From positions 22,171,455 to 22,235,454 of the forward strand of contig OZ316897.1 of the NCBI GenBank assembly GCA_973895155.1: a DNA stretch of 64,000 nt, written 5' to 3'. Positions 1-12,339 of this stretch are shown here, piece by piece (the stretch's first letter is position 1; every line of letters begins with the position of its first letter). This DNA comes from Marsupella aquatica (lineage: Eukaryota; Plantae; Marchantiophyta). The position numbers and the translations under genes were made by a program. The notes under the pieces are model-generated. The model was not told where the DNA came from, did no database searches, and saw only the letters and a program-made list of their open reading frames with translations.

Positions 1-5
1 GGACA

Positions 6-3000
6 ATGAGGCTAGCAAATGGAGCAAGAGTGCTACCGGTGGGGACTCTTACTCAAGTACCTACTCTCATTGGGGGGCAGGAGTTCTTGTTGAATTACTT
101 GGTGATGAGACCAGCAAGGCCATCTACTTACCCAATCTTGATTGGGAGGCCTTGGCTATATGGAGCCAAAGTAGTGTCTGATTGGGGCAAGAAGGAGTTT
201 AGGTTTGGCAAACCAGCCACTTCAGTTTCATGGGGTCATGACAAGCATCAAGGAGAGACTACTGATGAGTTGGATGAATATGATTCTGAACTTTCCGATG
301 AGTTGAGTACCAAATCTGAATCTGATGAGGATGAGGTATACATGTTGAACATGGTGAGCCAATGGACTGAAGAAGAAGTGTTTGGAGAGGAGCAAGAGCA
401 GGAGGCTCTTACCAGCCATTCACCTCTGCCCAGTCTCAGTGAAGTGACCAGTCTCGAGGAGGTGAAGCAGGCTGAGACCTCAGCCAAGGAGAGCAACCAA
501 GAAGACACTATCACAATGGCTCAGGAGGTTGATCAGACCAGCAAGGGTGCTGCCCAAGTTGAGATCAAGACAAGGAGTAATGACCAGAGTTTAAAGGCTA
601 AGCACTTAGCCTTGTTAAAGCTCAAGATAAAGGAGCTAGAGGACCAATTGAAGGCTGCAAACTCAGAGGAGGATGAGACTCAGGAAGACCAGCATTCAAG
701 CAAGGAGAAGGAGGAGTTAAGTGCTGAAAATGCACCCGTCTATGGAGGCATGAGGTTGGCACAACTTGAGGGCACTTTTGACTCCACAATGAGGAACAAG
801 ATGGAGGTGATTCGAGCTGAGCAGTACAGAACCATCTCTGTCCAGCAAGACAAGACCTTCAACTTGGGAAATGCCCTGGGATCAGGTGAAGAGAAAACTA
901 TCCAAGATTTGCTAGGTGAATATGTGGATGTGTTTGCTTGGAGTCACTTGGATCTTACTGGTGTAAACCCTGAACTTGGTGAGCATAGAATCGACTTGAT
1001 GCTAGGAGCTTCACCTGTGAGACAAAGGCAATATCGGATGAATCCCAAGTACTCCTTGATGGTGAAGGAAGAGATAGACAAATTGCTGGAAGCAGGTTTC
1101 ATCTATCCTGTGTTGAATAGTGAGTGGGTTTCTCCAATTGTCATAGTACCAAAGAAACCAGGCTTGGATGGTAAGCCTAAGATCCGAGTTTGCCAAGACT
1201 TTAGGAAACTCAATGAGGCCACTAAGAAGGACCACTATCCCATTCCATTTACTGATATGGTACTTGATTTAGTAGCTGGTTGGGAAGTGTATAGCTTCCT
1301 AGATGGGTACTCAGGTTACAACCAGATTTGGATAAGGAAGGAGGACCAGTTGAAGACAGCCTTTACTACTGAGTGGGGGATTTATGCCTTTCGGAGGATG
1401 CCTTTTGGTCTTTGTAATGCCCCTGGTATGTTCCAAAGGTTGATGATGAATATCTTTCATGACTACTTGAGAAAGTTCTTGGAAGTATTCATAGATGACT
1501 TTGCTGTTTTTGGAAGGGGGAAGGACCATGTTGAACATTTGAGGATGACCTTCCAAAGATGTAGGGAAGTTGGTTTGAAGCTTCACCCAGGGAAGTGCTT
1601 CTTTGGTGTGGAAGAAGGGATACTACTTGGCCACAAGGTATCCAAGAAGGGCATAGAAGTGGACCAAGAGAAGGTTGCTGTTTGGATGGCTGTCAAGTTT
1701 CCAACTTCAGTGACAGAGTTGAGGGGATTCTTGGGATGTTTAAACTACTATAGAAGGTTCATTAAGGACTTTGCTAAAGTAGCTTTACCCCTAACCAGCA
1801 TGCTTAAGAAGGGGGCTGAGGTTGAACCCTCAGTTGAGAGGCTAGCAAGTTTTCAGGAGTTGAAGAACAGGTTGGTTGAAGCCCCTATCTTGATAGCACC
1901 AGATTGGAGTAGAGAATTTCATGTGTATGTGGATGTGTCTGGCTTTTGTATTGGTGTGGTGCTTAGTCAACTTGATGACCAGAATAGGGATCACCCTATC
2001 TACTTTGCAAGTAGACTATTGGCACCAGCTGAAAAGAATTACTCACCAACCGATAGAGAAGCTCTAGGAATCATCTACTCTTGTAAGAAGTTTAGGCACT
2101 ACTTGTTGGGCTATAAGGTGGTCTTTCATACTGATCACAATGCTCTCAAGTATATGGTGAATAAACCTGATGTAACTGGTAGAGTGGCAAGGTGGATCTT
2201 GTTGCTCCAAGAGTTTGATTATGAGGTGAGGGTCAGGCCTGGTAAGAAGCATGGGAATGCAGACTTCTTCTCAAGGATTGAAGGAGAAGAGGACTTGAAG
2301 GAGGTGGATGATCAGTTTCCAGATGAAGACCTCTTTCATGTGGGAAGTGGAGGAGATACATGGTATTTGGATATCATCCAATTTCTTCTCACAACCCGGC
2401 TACCAAGAGATTTGAACCAAGAGGAGGCTGCTGTTTTCCTGAGAAAAATCAGACCTTACTTATTGGTGAAGGGTGTCCTTCACAAGGAAGGAGTTGATGG
2501 GAGACTAAGGAGGTGTTTGGAGAAGAAGGAAATCTCCATTGTGATGAGAGCTATGCATGAGGAGGAGGCTGGTGGCCATTATGCAAGTGCAACAACAGCA
2601 AGGAAAATTCTTGATGCAGGGTATTGGTGGCCAACACTTCATAAGGATGTAAGTCTTTTTGTGAGGGGATGTGACCCTTGCCAAAGGACAGGTAAGCCAG
2701 CTCACTCAAGGCATCACCCTCTTACCACCATCTTACCTCTTGCACCTTTTGAGAAGTGGGGTATAGATTTCATAGGTCCCATCACTCCTGTGACCAGGTC
2801 TAGAAGGAATCGATACATCCTTCTTGCAACTGATTATGCTACTAAGTGGGTAGAGGCAAGACCAACCAGCAAGGATAATGCTCTCACAGTAGCAAGGTTC
2901 ATGTATCAACAGATTTTTACCAGATTTGGGCCACCTCTAGAGCTGGTTAGTGATAGGGGGACTCACTTCTTGAATGAAGTTGTGGAGGAGCTCACTAACC

Positions 3001-3620
3001 ATTACTTGATTAAGCATAGGAAGACCACCCCCTATCACCCCAAGGCCAATGGATTAACGGAGAGAGCTAATGGCATCATTGGCAAGATCTTGAACAAAAC
3101 CGTGGCGGCACACAAGACTGATTGGGATGACAAATTATACTCAGCTGTGTACTCCTACAACCTTGCTTTCAAGACCACAACCGGCCATAGTCCTTTCTAC
3201 CTAGTATTTGGACAACACTCCCTTGTACCTGTTGAGTTTGAAGTGCCTACTTTGAGGGTAAGTGTGGAGGAGAGAATGGAGGCTGACCAGAGTTTAATGG
3301 AGAGAGCTTACCAGCTGGAGGAGTTGGAGGAAATCCGGGAAGAGGCAAGCAAGCAAGTGAAGAAGAAGCAAGCTCAAGTGAAGCAACATCATGACAAGAA
3401 GTTGAAGAAGCCAACTTCTTTACTTGCTGGACAACTGGTATTACTCTATGACAGTAGGTATGCTCATTTTCCAGGCAAGTTGCATACTCGGTGGTTGGGT
3501 CCTTATGTTGTTCACCAGGTTTATGCTAATGGGTCAATTCAGCTTGCTACTCTTGAAGGAGAGGTGTTCCCTACTAGAGTGCATCATGATAGGTTGAAAA
3601 GGTACTTTAATCAGGAATAA
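6..3620 (+). CDS. pol: Ty3/gypsy Pol polyprotein (protease tail, RT, RNase H, integrase), 5'-partial, uninterrupted
   Basis: ILIGRPWL protease tail, RMPFGLCNAP and VFIDDF (RT), DVS...TDH (RNase H), H-H-CDPC zinc finger, GIDF/SDRG/TER DDE triad, WLGPY motif; no chromodomain seen. Confidence 0.96.
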   Translation: MRLANGARVLPVGTLTQVPTLIGGQEFLLNYLVMRPARPSTYPILIGRPWLYGAKVVSDWGKKEFRFGKPATSVSWGHDKHQGETTDELDEYDSELSDELSTKSESDEDEVYMLNMVSQWTEEEVFGEEQEQEALTSHSPLPSLSEVTSLEEVKQAETSAKESNQEDTITMAQEVDQTSKGAAQVEIKTRSNDQSLKAKHLALLKLKIKELEDQLKAANSEEDETQEDQHSSKEKEELSAENAPVYGGMRLAQLEGTFDSTMRNKMEVIRAEQYRTISVQQDKTFNLGNALGSGEEKTIQDLLGEYVDVFAWSHLDLTGVNPELGEHRIDLMLGASPVRQRQYRMNPKYSLMVKEEIDKLLEAGFIYPVLNSEWVSPIVIVPKKPGLDGKPKIRVCQDFRKLNEATKKDHYPIPFTDMVLDLVAGWEVYSFLDGYSGYNQIWIRKEDQLKTAFTTEWGIYAFRRMPFGLCNAPGMFQRLMMNIFHDYLRKFLEVFIDDFAVFGRGKDHVEHLRMTFQRCREVGLKLHPGKCFFGVEEGILLGHKVSKKGIEVDQEKVAVWMAVKFPTSVTELRGFLGCLNYYRRFIKDFAKVALPLTSMLKKGAEVEPSVERLASFQELKNRLVEAPILIAPDWSREFHVYVDVSGFCIGVVLSQLDDQNRDHPIYFASRLLAPAEKNYSPTDREALGIIYSCKKFRHYLLGYKVVFHTDHNALKYMVNKPDVTGRVARWILLLQEFDYEVRVRPGKKHGNADFFSRIEGEEDLKEVDDQFPDEDLFHVGSGGDTWYLDIIQFLLTTRLPRDLNQEEAAVFLRKIRPYLLVKGVLHKEGVDGRLRRCLEKKEISIVMRAMHEEEAGGHYASATTARKILDAGYWWPTLHKDVSLFVRGCDPCQRTGKPAHSRHHPLTTILPLAPFEKWGIDFIGPITPVTRSRRNRYILLATDYATKWVEARPTSKDNALTVARFMYQQIFTRFGPPLELVSDRGTHFLNEVVEELTNHYLIKHRKTTPYHPKANGLTERANGIIGKILNKTVAAHKTDWDDKLYSAVYSYNLAFKTTTGHSPFYLVFGQHSLVPVEFEVPTLRVSVEERMEADQSLMERAYQLEELEEIREEASKQVKKKQAQVKQHHDKKLKKPTSLLAGQLVLLYDSRYAHFPGKLHTRWLGPYVVHQVYANGSIQLATLEGEVFPTRVHHDRLKRYFNQE

Positions 3621-3660
3621 GTGTGTTTGCGGGGACGCTGCACACTTAAGTAGGGGGCTA

Positions 3661-6600
3661 TGTGGGATGGCTCAGTGTCAGCTAGTGTAGAGAAACATGA
3701 CATTCTTTCGTTTAGAAGAGGAAATAGTTAGGGAAAAAGTTTTAGTGCTATCAGAGTAGCTAGGTTTAGGGCACTTAAGTAAGAAGGGAAGCTTAGTAGA
3801 GGTAAGAGGGAATTTAGTTATGCAAAGTTATCTAGGGGTAAGCAAGTTACTATAGGAGGGGCAGGAAACTAGTCCGTCCTTAGTTATAATAGGCGACTAA
3901 GTCGGGACCGAAAAATGACCCGACACCGGACATCTTATTTTTTGGCTGATATTTCTCCCATGGGTGCTGGGAGGTCCCTAGGGAACCCTGAAAAAGTATG
4001 AAGTCAAGTGGGGTCTTAACCTAGGAGTTATAAGTATTTTGGCAAAAATCAAAGTTACCAAATAGCGGGTCCCGGGAAAAATAGCTGATGGGTAAATGTA
4101 GGGGTTCCAAGTTTGGAAGTGGGTTAAGTATGGTCCCCTCTATCCCTAGAAACTTGTGGGACAACTTTGTCACACTTGGTTACTTTTTGGGAGCATCTCA
4201 AAGTTGAGAAGAATTTTGGAAGACATAAAGACTTGACCCTCTTTGCCTAATTTTAGAAAAGTTGTTATAGGGTTTTGTTTATATCTTAGTAAACCCGGAC
4301 ATAGTCCTATGTCCATAGAATCAGTGGAGCTACTCAGAAGTCCTTTTGGACTTATGTGTGAGTTTTGGAGGGGGGTCCAAAATCGCCCCAAAATGCTGTT
4401 TTTCCAAAAAAAAAATGTATTTTTTTCTAAGTGTAAACCGCGTGGGCGACGATCACGCGGCGAGCACGAGGCAAGGAGGAGCGAGCACGAGGCAAGGAGG
4501 AGCAAGCACGAGGCTGGTGAGGACGTCAAGCACCGGGAGGCTGTCCAAAGGTGCTGCATGATTACTTGAGGAATCAATTGAGCACAAGGGCGGCTGAATT
4601 GAAGGAAGGGCGGCTGAATTGAAATGGCTGCTGCTGATTGAAGAAGCAAGGGCTGTTGCTGATTGAAGAAGCTATGGCTGCTGAGAAGGAAAAGAGCTAT
4701 GGCTGCAAATTAGGATCGCTGCTGGCTTTGAATTGGGAAGGCTGCTTGCTGCTATGACAGCTGCACACTAGATTAGAGGTGCTCCTACTAATCAGGCACG
4801 AGATGCTCATGAGAATTGGCTGGCTGCTGCCTTGATGCTGCTGAATTGAATGATGCTGCTGCTAGCTGCGAAATTGCAAAGGTGGGCAGCTACGAAATTG
4901 AGAAGAGAGACCTGCTTGACTGAGAAGGAATCAAGCTATGGTTGCTGCTGCTGTGCTTCAAATCTGCTGTTGTTGTGCTGTAAATGCGCTGATGTGACTG
5001 TGCTGCTAGCTGCGAAATTGACTGTGCTGCTAGCTGCGAAATTGACTGTGTTGCTAGCGGCAAAATTGAAGAGGTGGGCTAGCTGCGAAATTGACTAGGC
5101 TGGCTGTGAGCTATGGTGGCTGTGAAATTGAGGGGCTGGCGGCTGATCAGCTGGACTGCTGCACAAGAAAGAATCCAATAGAGAATGCTGTGGTTTTAGA
5201 TTGAATTCACGAGAGAGAAATGGCTGCAAACATTGCTGTCCTTACAATTTCTTCATAAGAAACATGAGTATAATGAGAGTGCTCTCCCCTCATGACACGT
5301 GGAATCCCCATAAGGGGCATGTAAGGTAAGTGTAATCGGGCCGCCGCTTACACCCGCTTTACACCAAAAACAGGCCTTGGGAGAATGGGCATAACTTTGG
5401 CTAGAGGTATCCGTTGGGGCCCAAATTTTTTTGTGCTGAGTTAGGGGAAGATAAGGCACCCCCTGGTGAAGGTGGAACCCCAGAAAAGTAATCACTCAAA
5501 TATATTTTTAACCGAGGCCACGAGGGAGTCCCGACAACTTGCAAACCAAAGTCGGCATAGGGGAATGAATACCAGATTTAGGGGCTGACCTTTCTTGCAC
5601 CCATACCACTTGAGTTAGGCTCTAGAGAAGGGTACTTACCTTTGGCCAAAGGTGTAAGGCCATCAAGTTAAGAAAAGTAAATATAGGGGGTAGTTTACTT
5701 AGGGTAGTAAAGGGGTTACAAGTAAAATAAGGCCAACTTTGACTAGGCACAACTTGAGACTCACTCACTCTTTTTGCGAGCTTTCAAGTGGGTTGGTAAG
5801 CTGGTGAGGAGGACCATAAGTGGGAGTAGGTTTGGAAGTCAAAGCATACCACTCATGTGTGGCATATTCCAGGGCTTGGAAGGAGGCAAAATAGCAAGTA
5901 GTAGGGTGGGCTATGAACTATAGAGTTGGACTTTGTGTGTTAGGAGGACTTGGGGGAGGTATAGTTGGACCCCAGGTCAAGCTTGGTGTGATGTGGAAGG
6001 AGATAGTATATAAGGAGGAAGTTTTCATTTGTTAGGGACCGGGAGTCTCATCTCTTAAGTGAAATCTCTACCTTGCCAAGGTAGGGCTAAGCTTGAGAAA
6101 GGAGAGGTGGTCCATGCTTAGTGTGGAGAATGTGTAGTGAACTTTTGTTGTAAAGGTGATGCAATAAAAGGAGACTTACCAATCTTCATTGTGACCATTA
6201 AGTGTGAGTGCATTTGAAGTATATGAGAGCAAGAGAAGAGTCCATGCTATGGTATAATCTTGGTCTAAGCTTGAAGGGGATGTGCTAGTACAAAACCAAG
6301 GCCAAGGAGGCAAGGTTAAGGTATAGCATTACTTTGAGACTTAGAGAGGATTATAGCTTGAGGGTGGAAAGTACTTTGCTTGGTGTGTGGTGTTAACAAG
6401 AAGTAAGAACAAGAGGAAGAGTCCTTAGATAGAGGAGCCTTCTCTAGGGCTCAAAGGGGATGTGTGGACCCAAACCAAGGCCAGGGGGGCAAGGTTGAGG
6501 GGTAACACTACTTTGAGGGTCTTGAGGAGACTTAAGCTTGAAGAGGAAAGTACTTTGGGTTCTTGGGTGTTTGTGTGAGAATCTACTCTAAGGTGACAGC

Positions 6601-6849
6601 TTGGAGCGGAGATCCCCCTTGCTGATCCTTGGAGTAGAGGAGAGGGGAAGGGGTGAGTACAAAAGTAGTCAAGGGGACTACCTCTCTAGAAGTGGAGAGT
6701 TGAAACTACTTATGTATGGAGTGATTGGACATTGTAAGCACACTTCAGAAGTTTTGTCAATCCTTTGTGACCCTGGTATGACATGGAGCAGGTATTAGGT
6801 AGTCTTTTGGGGAGAAAAGCCGCTTAAGCTCCTTGGCAAGTGTTTGACA
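3661..6849 (+). repeat. 3' LTR of gypsy copy 1 (~3.2 kb), with internal 24-bp repeats (~4997-5070) and a ~180-bp duplication (~6230-6580)
   Basis: TGT...ACA ends directly after the PPT; the right boundary is inferred because the 5' LTR and TSD are outside the window. Confidence 0.7.
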
Positions 6850-7344
6850 ATTGACATTAGAGTTAGTCATTTATGGCAGAAGTCCATAATGACAATATGT
6901 TGTTGTAAACACTGATACATTCTCATTTTCAGATTGACCCTAAATTTTGTCATTTAACACCGTTGGTTAAAATGACGATAATACATTTTTTGTCATTTAT
7001 CACCGTTGTCCAAAATGATCCAAATAGATTTTTAGTCATTTCAGTCATTGTCAAGAGTGACTATAATGTTGCTAAACACTGATTTATCATTTTTGTTATT
7101 AATTGTGTCATTTAAGACATGTGTCTAAATTGACCATTTAGGGAAATTGGGTCATTTTGGTCGCATCAGTCATTATAGACATTATACAAAATGACGAAAA
7201 AATTAACATTTTGTCATTTCAGTCTATTGGTCATTGTGGACAGTCATTCCCCTGTCATTCTTTTTGTGTCATTAAAACTTTTGGTCATTTATTCATCTCT
7301 GTCATTGGGTGATTGGTCATAAAGGGCCCTGTTTTCTTCTAGTG
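6850..7344. mobile_element. Right end of a CACTA/EnSpm DNA transposon (TIR + subterminal repeats)
   Basis: Ends in ...GGGCCCTGTTTTCTTCTAGTG, i.e. CACTAGAAGAAAACAG on the reverse strand; many GTCATT/AATGAC subterminal motifs in both orientations; cuts off the MTase frame (the ORF tail TRRKQGPL is TIR-derived). Confidence 0.85.
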
Positions 7345-10300
7345 TTCACGACTTCAATAGTGAAAGTCAAAGTCCCCAATGTTCCCAATTGGCCTCCAAT
7401 CGGTGGTTGAATCTCTAGACCTTTGCCGCCTTGCCCTTCAATCTGTGCTTCATCATATAAATTCCAGTTTGACTTTAGAGTCATAATCCGATGTCTCACA
7501 AAATCAATCTGCGCAGCACTTTTATCAACCGCACAACCCTGGCGAGAATTGAGAAGAGCCGCAGCTAACATGGATCCGGTTCCGCAACAAAGATCCATAA
7601 CCCAGTCATTTTTCTCCGAGAAATGAGTAACAAACCAAGCACCCAAACCAACAGGCTTTTGGTACGGGTTCACAACATAGCCCAACGGATCAACAGACTT
7701 TTTGGTTACACATGGAACCTTAATGATATTGATGTGAGACTCATCCGGTTGGAAATTGTACATGTTCATGTTTCGGATGCCTTCCTCGCTGTAGAATCCC
7801 ATCGACCAGTTTTTGAAACCCCACGCCAATCGAGCACCGGCGGGACGCTCATGAATGTTGACCTTCTCCCAAATTCCAGACTCAACCCCACAGTTGCACA
7901 CAATCTCGAGCGCAAACATGACCATATTTGTTCCTGTAATGAATGGATCACAACAAACCTCCACTGCTTAGCAGCTGTCATGTTCGAAAAACTTCTCACT
8001 ATATCTACAACGTCCTTTTCCGTGAAGGACACTTCATCAAACTCCGAACCAGGCGCATTAAAACCATACGGAATGTCGGCAACGGCAAGAGTGTAAGGTT
8101 TTCCCTCCACAAAAGAATCCAAAATTCAAACATCCCCAACATGGAGATAGTAAGAGAAAGAATCTCCGTTAGCATTTTTCCATATTTGCTCCACGACTTC
8201 TCGTGCATCCTCGCCTAGCGTCTGGAGCCGGTTGTACCGATCAATTGCAGCAAGCACAAAATTCTTGAACACATACGGGATGTCAGCGGAGGGAACAATA
8301 ACCTCCCCCGCCGAATTATATTGCACAGGCGGAAGAACTTTATTTTTCCGCTTCGACCCAATCTTCAGCTGTAACAAAGGTCGCACAGAATTCCAATCAG
8401 AATGAAATTGCTTAACGAATATGAAAGCCGTTAAAAATCTTGGGAATGAAACGAGTTATGCAAAAATGTACTGATGGAATGGCAAGGCCGATAAAAATCT
8501 CGCGATGATTTTTGAATGGAACGAGGAATGCAAAAATCTACTAATGGAATGGCAAGGCCGATAAAAATCTCGGGGAGAGACAGGTGCTTACCGCTTCGCT
8601 CAAGTTCTCTGCCCATGTTCCTAGGACGGAAACATCCATCTCATTTGGAAACATTTCTCTGCACGTTGCCCAGTCGGGCTGCCCAGATATTTGCAAGAAT
8701 AATTTCTTCACCTTGGAAAGTTTTTTCAGCTTTTCCCCTTCCTTGTGCATTTGATCCAAGGTGATCACTTTCCCAATGACCCTATTCAAGAGCTGCTTAA
8801 CATGCTCCTTAGTTGACTGTCCTTGAAGACCTCAAAAAGTATTTAAATTGAGGTCACCTGCAAGTTTATTCATTTTAATCTCTTTCAGTGTTAAAGGTTT
8901 AACCTTTCCCTTTGCATTTGTTGTTGCCAAGATCTTTTTGGGTTGTCCCAAGACAGTCCCCTTCTCCCACATCTGGAAAACTTTCTCATGAAGATCCCAA
9001 ATTTCACCCGTTCAAAAAGCAATCTGGAATGTTGGGACATGTTTGGCCATGTTGTCACAAACACCGGGAGTGTATTGCAACATACATTCCTAACAACAAG
9101 CTTTGCGAACATCCTTGTTTGATCCTACATCCATTTCAACAAAGATATTGTGGCACGCACGAACTCTATCGATAAGAGTCATGTTCTTCCTATACTCCTG
9201 GTCATAATTGTGCTGGAAGCCCAACTTCTGGACCTCCGACTTGGTAAGTCTTGCATATACCCAAGCTTCCAGCTCACCATAAATCTGCTTCCCATACATT
9301 TTATACAACTCGGCCTTTGCCCGAGCACCATGATTTCCTCCAGTAATTCTATACTTCCATACTCTGGACTTTAGAATGTCCCAATCCTTGATTGTGGGAC
9401 AATCCTCCGGATCCACACACAGCACAAACGGTGCGCTAAAGTTAGTGGGGTTTTTCCTTAGAAGAATCTTGATATTCTCCACATGCAATTTTTCCACTGG
9501 TCTGATCAAAGTTGACTTCTCTCCAGCTTCATCAAAAATTAAATTGTTGACATGCAATAGGACAGTTGTCCTTTGAACCCTTCGCTGCATCAGCAGACTG
9601 AGCTCCGCTTTGATGGCATCAGTCTCATACATCGAAAGAGCAGTCTCCTCCTCTTCATCAATCTAGAAAATGCCGTTTGAAATTAGATTACGAAAGAAAC
9701 AGCAAGATTTTTATCGGAATCCTCTTTCGTCAATAGAAAATCAAAGTTTGGTAGCACTTACCGATGGAACCTCGGCTTGTATATCTGAACGAGGCAAACG
9801 CTCATCAAGCACCGGAGGCTCCATATTGATCGGGGCTTCCACTCCTTCCGGGGCTGTGGATAAACTCCAGCCTGTTCTCTTTCTCTTAACGCAGACTCCA
9901 GAACCAAATGGCCCCGATCCCTCAGATCCTCTACTCTCGCTTACATTTATGTAAGGCGCTTCCGAAATGCCTAAACCTGCACCGGCTGCACGACCTCGAC
10001 GATTGCCGCTGCCCCTTCTCCCGCCCTTGGAGGGACCAGCAACATCTTCCTTGATGTTCCCTCTCCCTCTCCCTTTCCCCCTCCCCCTTCCCTTCCTCGA
10101 ACCACTTTTGGGCTCGTCCAAAGCCGTACCTCCAGCGCTTTTTGCCGATGAAGCTCCACTCCCGTTAGAACCAGGCCTCTTAATAACTATTTTCCGGATG
10201 GGTCTGAATTCTTCACCTGTGAGCCTCTTGTACTCTGCGTTCACCCTTGGTAGCATGATGAGATCACAATCTTGGACAAACTGGCACACCCAAGCTGGGC

Positions 10301-10360
10301 CCATAAGATTCATTACTTTTGCTGACCTAACTTCCGCGACAAGCGCGTCTTCAGGGTAAC
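7345..10360 (-). pseudogene. Gene A, 3' portion: ParB/Srx-like domain + beta-class N6A/N4C DNA methyltransferase (element Y)
   Basis: ParB-like YRITGGNHGARA; MTase motif IV-like LAVADIPYG, then NPYQKP and motif I-like VMDLCCGTGS (PF01555-type order); phase-0 GT-AG introns at 9663-9761 and 8369-8591 join the ORF pieces in frame; several in-frame TAG/TGA stops and a frameshift near 7930. Confidence 0.85.
8427..8572. repeat. Three copies (60-70 bp spacing) of GCCGATAAAAATCTCG, a variant of the Y palindrome, inside an intron of gene A
   Basis: Copies at ~8427, 8487 and 8557; the last two lie in a ~70-bp tandem duplication. Confidence 0.7.
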
Positions 10361-10385
10361 ATCACCCTATTCATTAAAACTGGAA
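10361..10385 (+). repeat. Left TIR of element X
   Basis: 23/25 match to the reverse complement of 28384-28408. Confidence 0.88.
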
Positions 10386-11073
10386 TTTCTCTAGTCCAAA
10401 AGTTGACGTTTAAATCTATTATTTTACACCCCAAAATTCTATAACTTTGTCCCCAAAATCATACATTTTCGTGGCCAAATGTACACTTTTTAAAGTCTAA
10501 ATTTACAATTGTAATGCTCAAATTATTAAATAACTAAGTTATTAATTATAAATATTATTAATTAAAATATAAACATATACAAATATAGAATAAGACAATA
10601 TAAGTTTGACAATACAATAAATTCAAATGATAACATTAAAAATGACACACTCTAACCAAGGGTCATGAACACGGAACTCCAGGAAAACAAGTGATGTATT
10701 ATAAAATTATAAAACCTATTTTTACAGGGTCGAGATCACATTGACCCCTATATAGGGTCCAGATGGTTCTGACCGGTTGTTGAATGCATATCTGTAAAAA
10801 TCTATATGATGACCATCTCGACCCAAATGGAGGGTTCACATAATTTTGACCCGTTGTTGAATGTATATCTTTAACTTACTATTCTTTCTGTACAGGGTTA
10901 AGACCCGAATAGACTAGCCTTTTTATGAGTATATATCTATAAGTAAAACCCTATTTCTTCAGTAGAGGGTCAAGAACATTTAGACCCAAATGGATGTTAC
11001 GGTAAGCTTCACGCTTTCCTACAAACATATACCCCTAACTAATAATCAGTGTTTGGTGTAGGGTCGAGATCAT

Positions 11074-12333
11074 CTAGACCCAAATCTCATGATCCTCCTC
11101 CCCGCAGAATTCATTTGAGCAAGTAAATCTAGACCCTGACGGGTCATATTTCATATCGCGATTGCAAAAATCCAGAGGCTTTCTATTCCAAAACTTAGTC
11201 GTGAGGTCTCTAGTCCTCAGAACTTCCGAAACAAATGCCAGATGATTGTCTCTATAGGGTCTTGTATACTGATCCCCAATTAATGTCCTTATAAGGTCCT
11301 CGATCGCCTCCTCCGTCAATTCCTCAATTGGTGGCAATTGTTGCACTTCATTCTTGATATCCCAGGAAATTTTGTCCGCTGTAACATCCAAGACTGTATG
11401 GATAACAGTGGGAACCCATACCATACTACCCCACCTCTCCGACAACAGCGCATAAATGGCAGCCTGTTGATCACTATCCGATAAAACATTGATCATAGAC
11501 CACTTTGGTTGATTGATAAATAGGTAGTGTTGAAGATTGAAGGCATGATACAATTTCCTCAGCAGAGGCCACAGTATTTCGGGAAAGAAAGTATCATCCG
11601 TGGAGTGATGCAAAAATGAAGAAGGGAACAACCCACAATTCTCTGGATTTGCAAACGCCTTCATTGGAGAGTCATCAAGGAGGAGTGTATTAGTCTCATC
11701 GTATAATAAACCATAACGTTTCCAAACAACCCTCAAATCCTTCAAAAGAATATTTGCATTTCCGTCGGTGACGTCAGGCCTCTGGATTCCAGTGTCAAAT
11801 GTATCTTCTTGCGTCAGAATAAACTTGAATTGCTCTTGCTCTTCTTGAGTGAAGATCAAATGAATCATTTCATTTGCCCTGGGCTTTCTCGCACAAGTCC
11901 AGATGGCAACATCAAATATAGCAAAAGTTGCGATTAAGAACTCGTGAAGATGGGGACGCTCAACATACATAAAGTTAAATCCTCCACGTCTCCCCCAATG
12001 AACACCCTTGACACTTGTGGCACTTCGGCGCGGAGTTCTAACAGAATCCCAACACATTTTGTTGAGGTCAAGAATCAATAGCTTCCGTCTGATTGGACCG
12101 TGAAGTGGAGGCAAGGGTCCTGCAAACAAGAGACACCTATATTAGAATTGTGTGAGACAGAATAAAGGTAGGCTAGAGATGATCTCAAGCATGAACAGTA
12201 AATGAACAACAGTGCGCGACAAACCTGCAATTGGCAGAAGGGCAGATGTCAAAGAATGTGGAAAGCTTCGGAGACTATTGTCGACGCAATCCACAACTGG
12301 TAATGGCCCGCCTATCTCTGTGAAGGTAGACAT
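11074..12333 (-). CDS. FCP1/SCP (NIF)-like HAD phosphatase-domain protein; exons 12333-12225 and 12119-11074
   Basis: RKLLILDLN, ERPHLHEFL, FDVAIWT, LLKDLRVVW and NTLLLDDSPMKAFANPEN match the NIF fold signature; a phase-1 GT-AG intron (12120-12224) joins the 63-aa and 351-aa ORFs; motif I reads DLN instead of DxD. Confidence 0.8.
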
Positions 12334-12339
12334 AATAAT

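Larger units (their letters stand above)
1..6849 (+). mobile_element. Ty3/gypsy LTR retrotransposon copy 1 (5' part outside window), nested in a CACTA element
   Basis: pol in PR-RT-RH-IN order; polypurine tract AAGTAGGGGG (3648-3657) + CTA followed by TGT at 3661; probable LTR end ...GCAAGTGTTTGACA at 6849, similar to the GCAAGTAACA end of copy 3; CACTA subterminal repeats start right after. Confidence 0.88.

Noticed and set aside
7766-8122. Assigning gene A as an orthologue of the Marchantia 4mC methyltransferase
   Set aside because: Cannot be established by eye; DIPY does not determine target base or orthology
10361-10362. Alternative boundary for X: CA...TG ends with a 2-bp AT TSD
   Set aside because: It would leave a TAA stop in the restored gene A frame and make the TAAC match on both flanks a coincidence; disfavoured but not excluded
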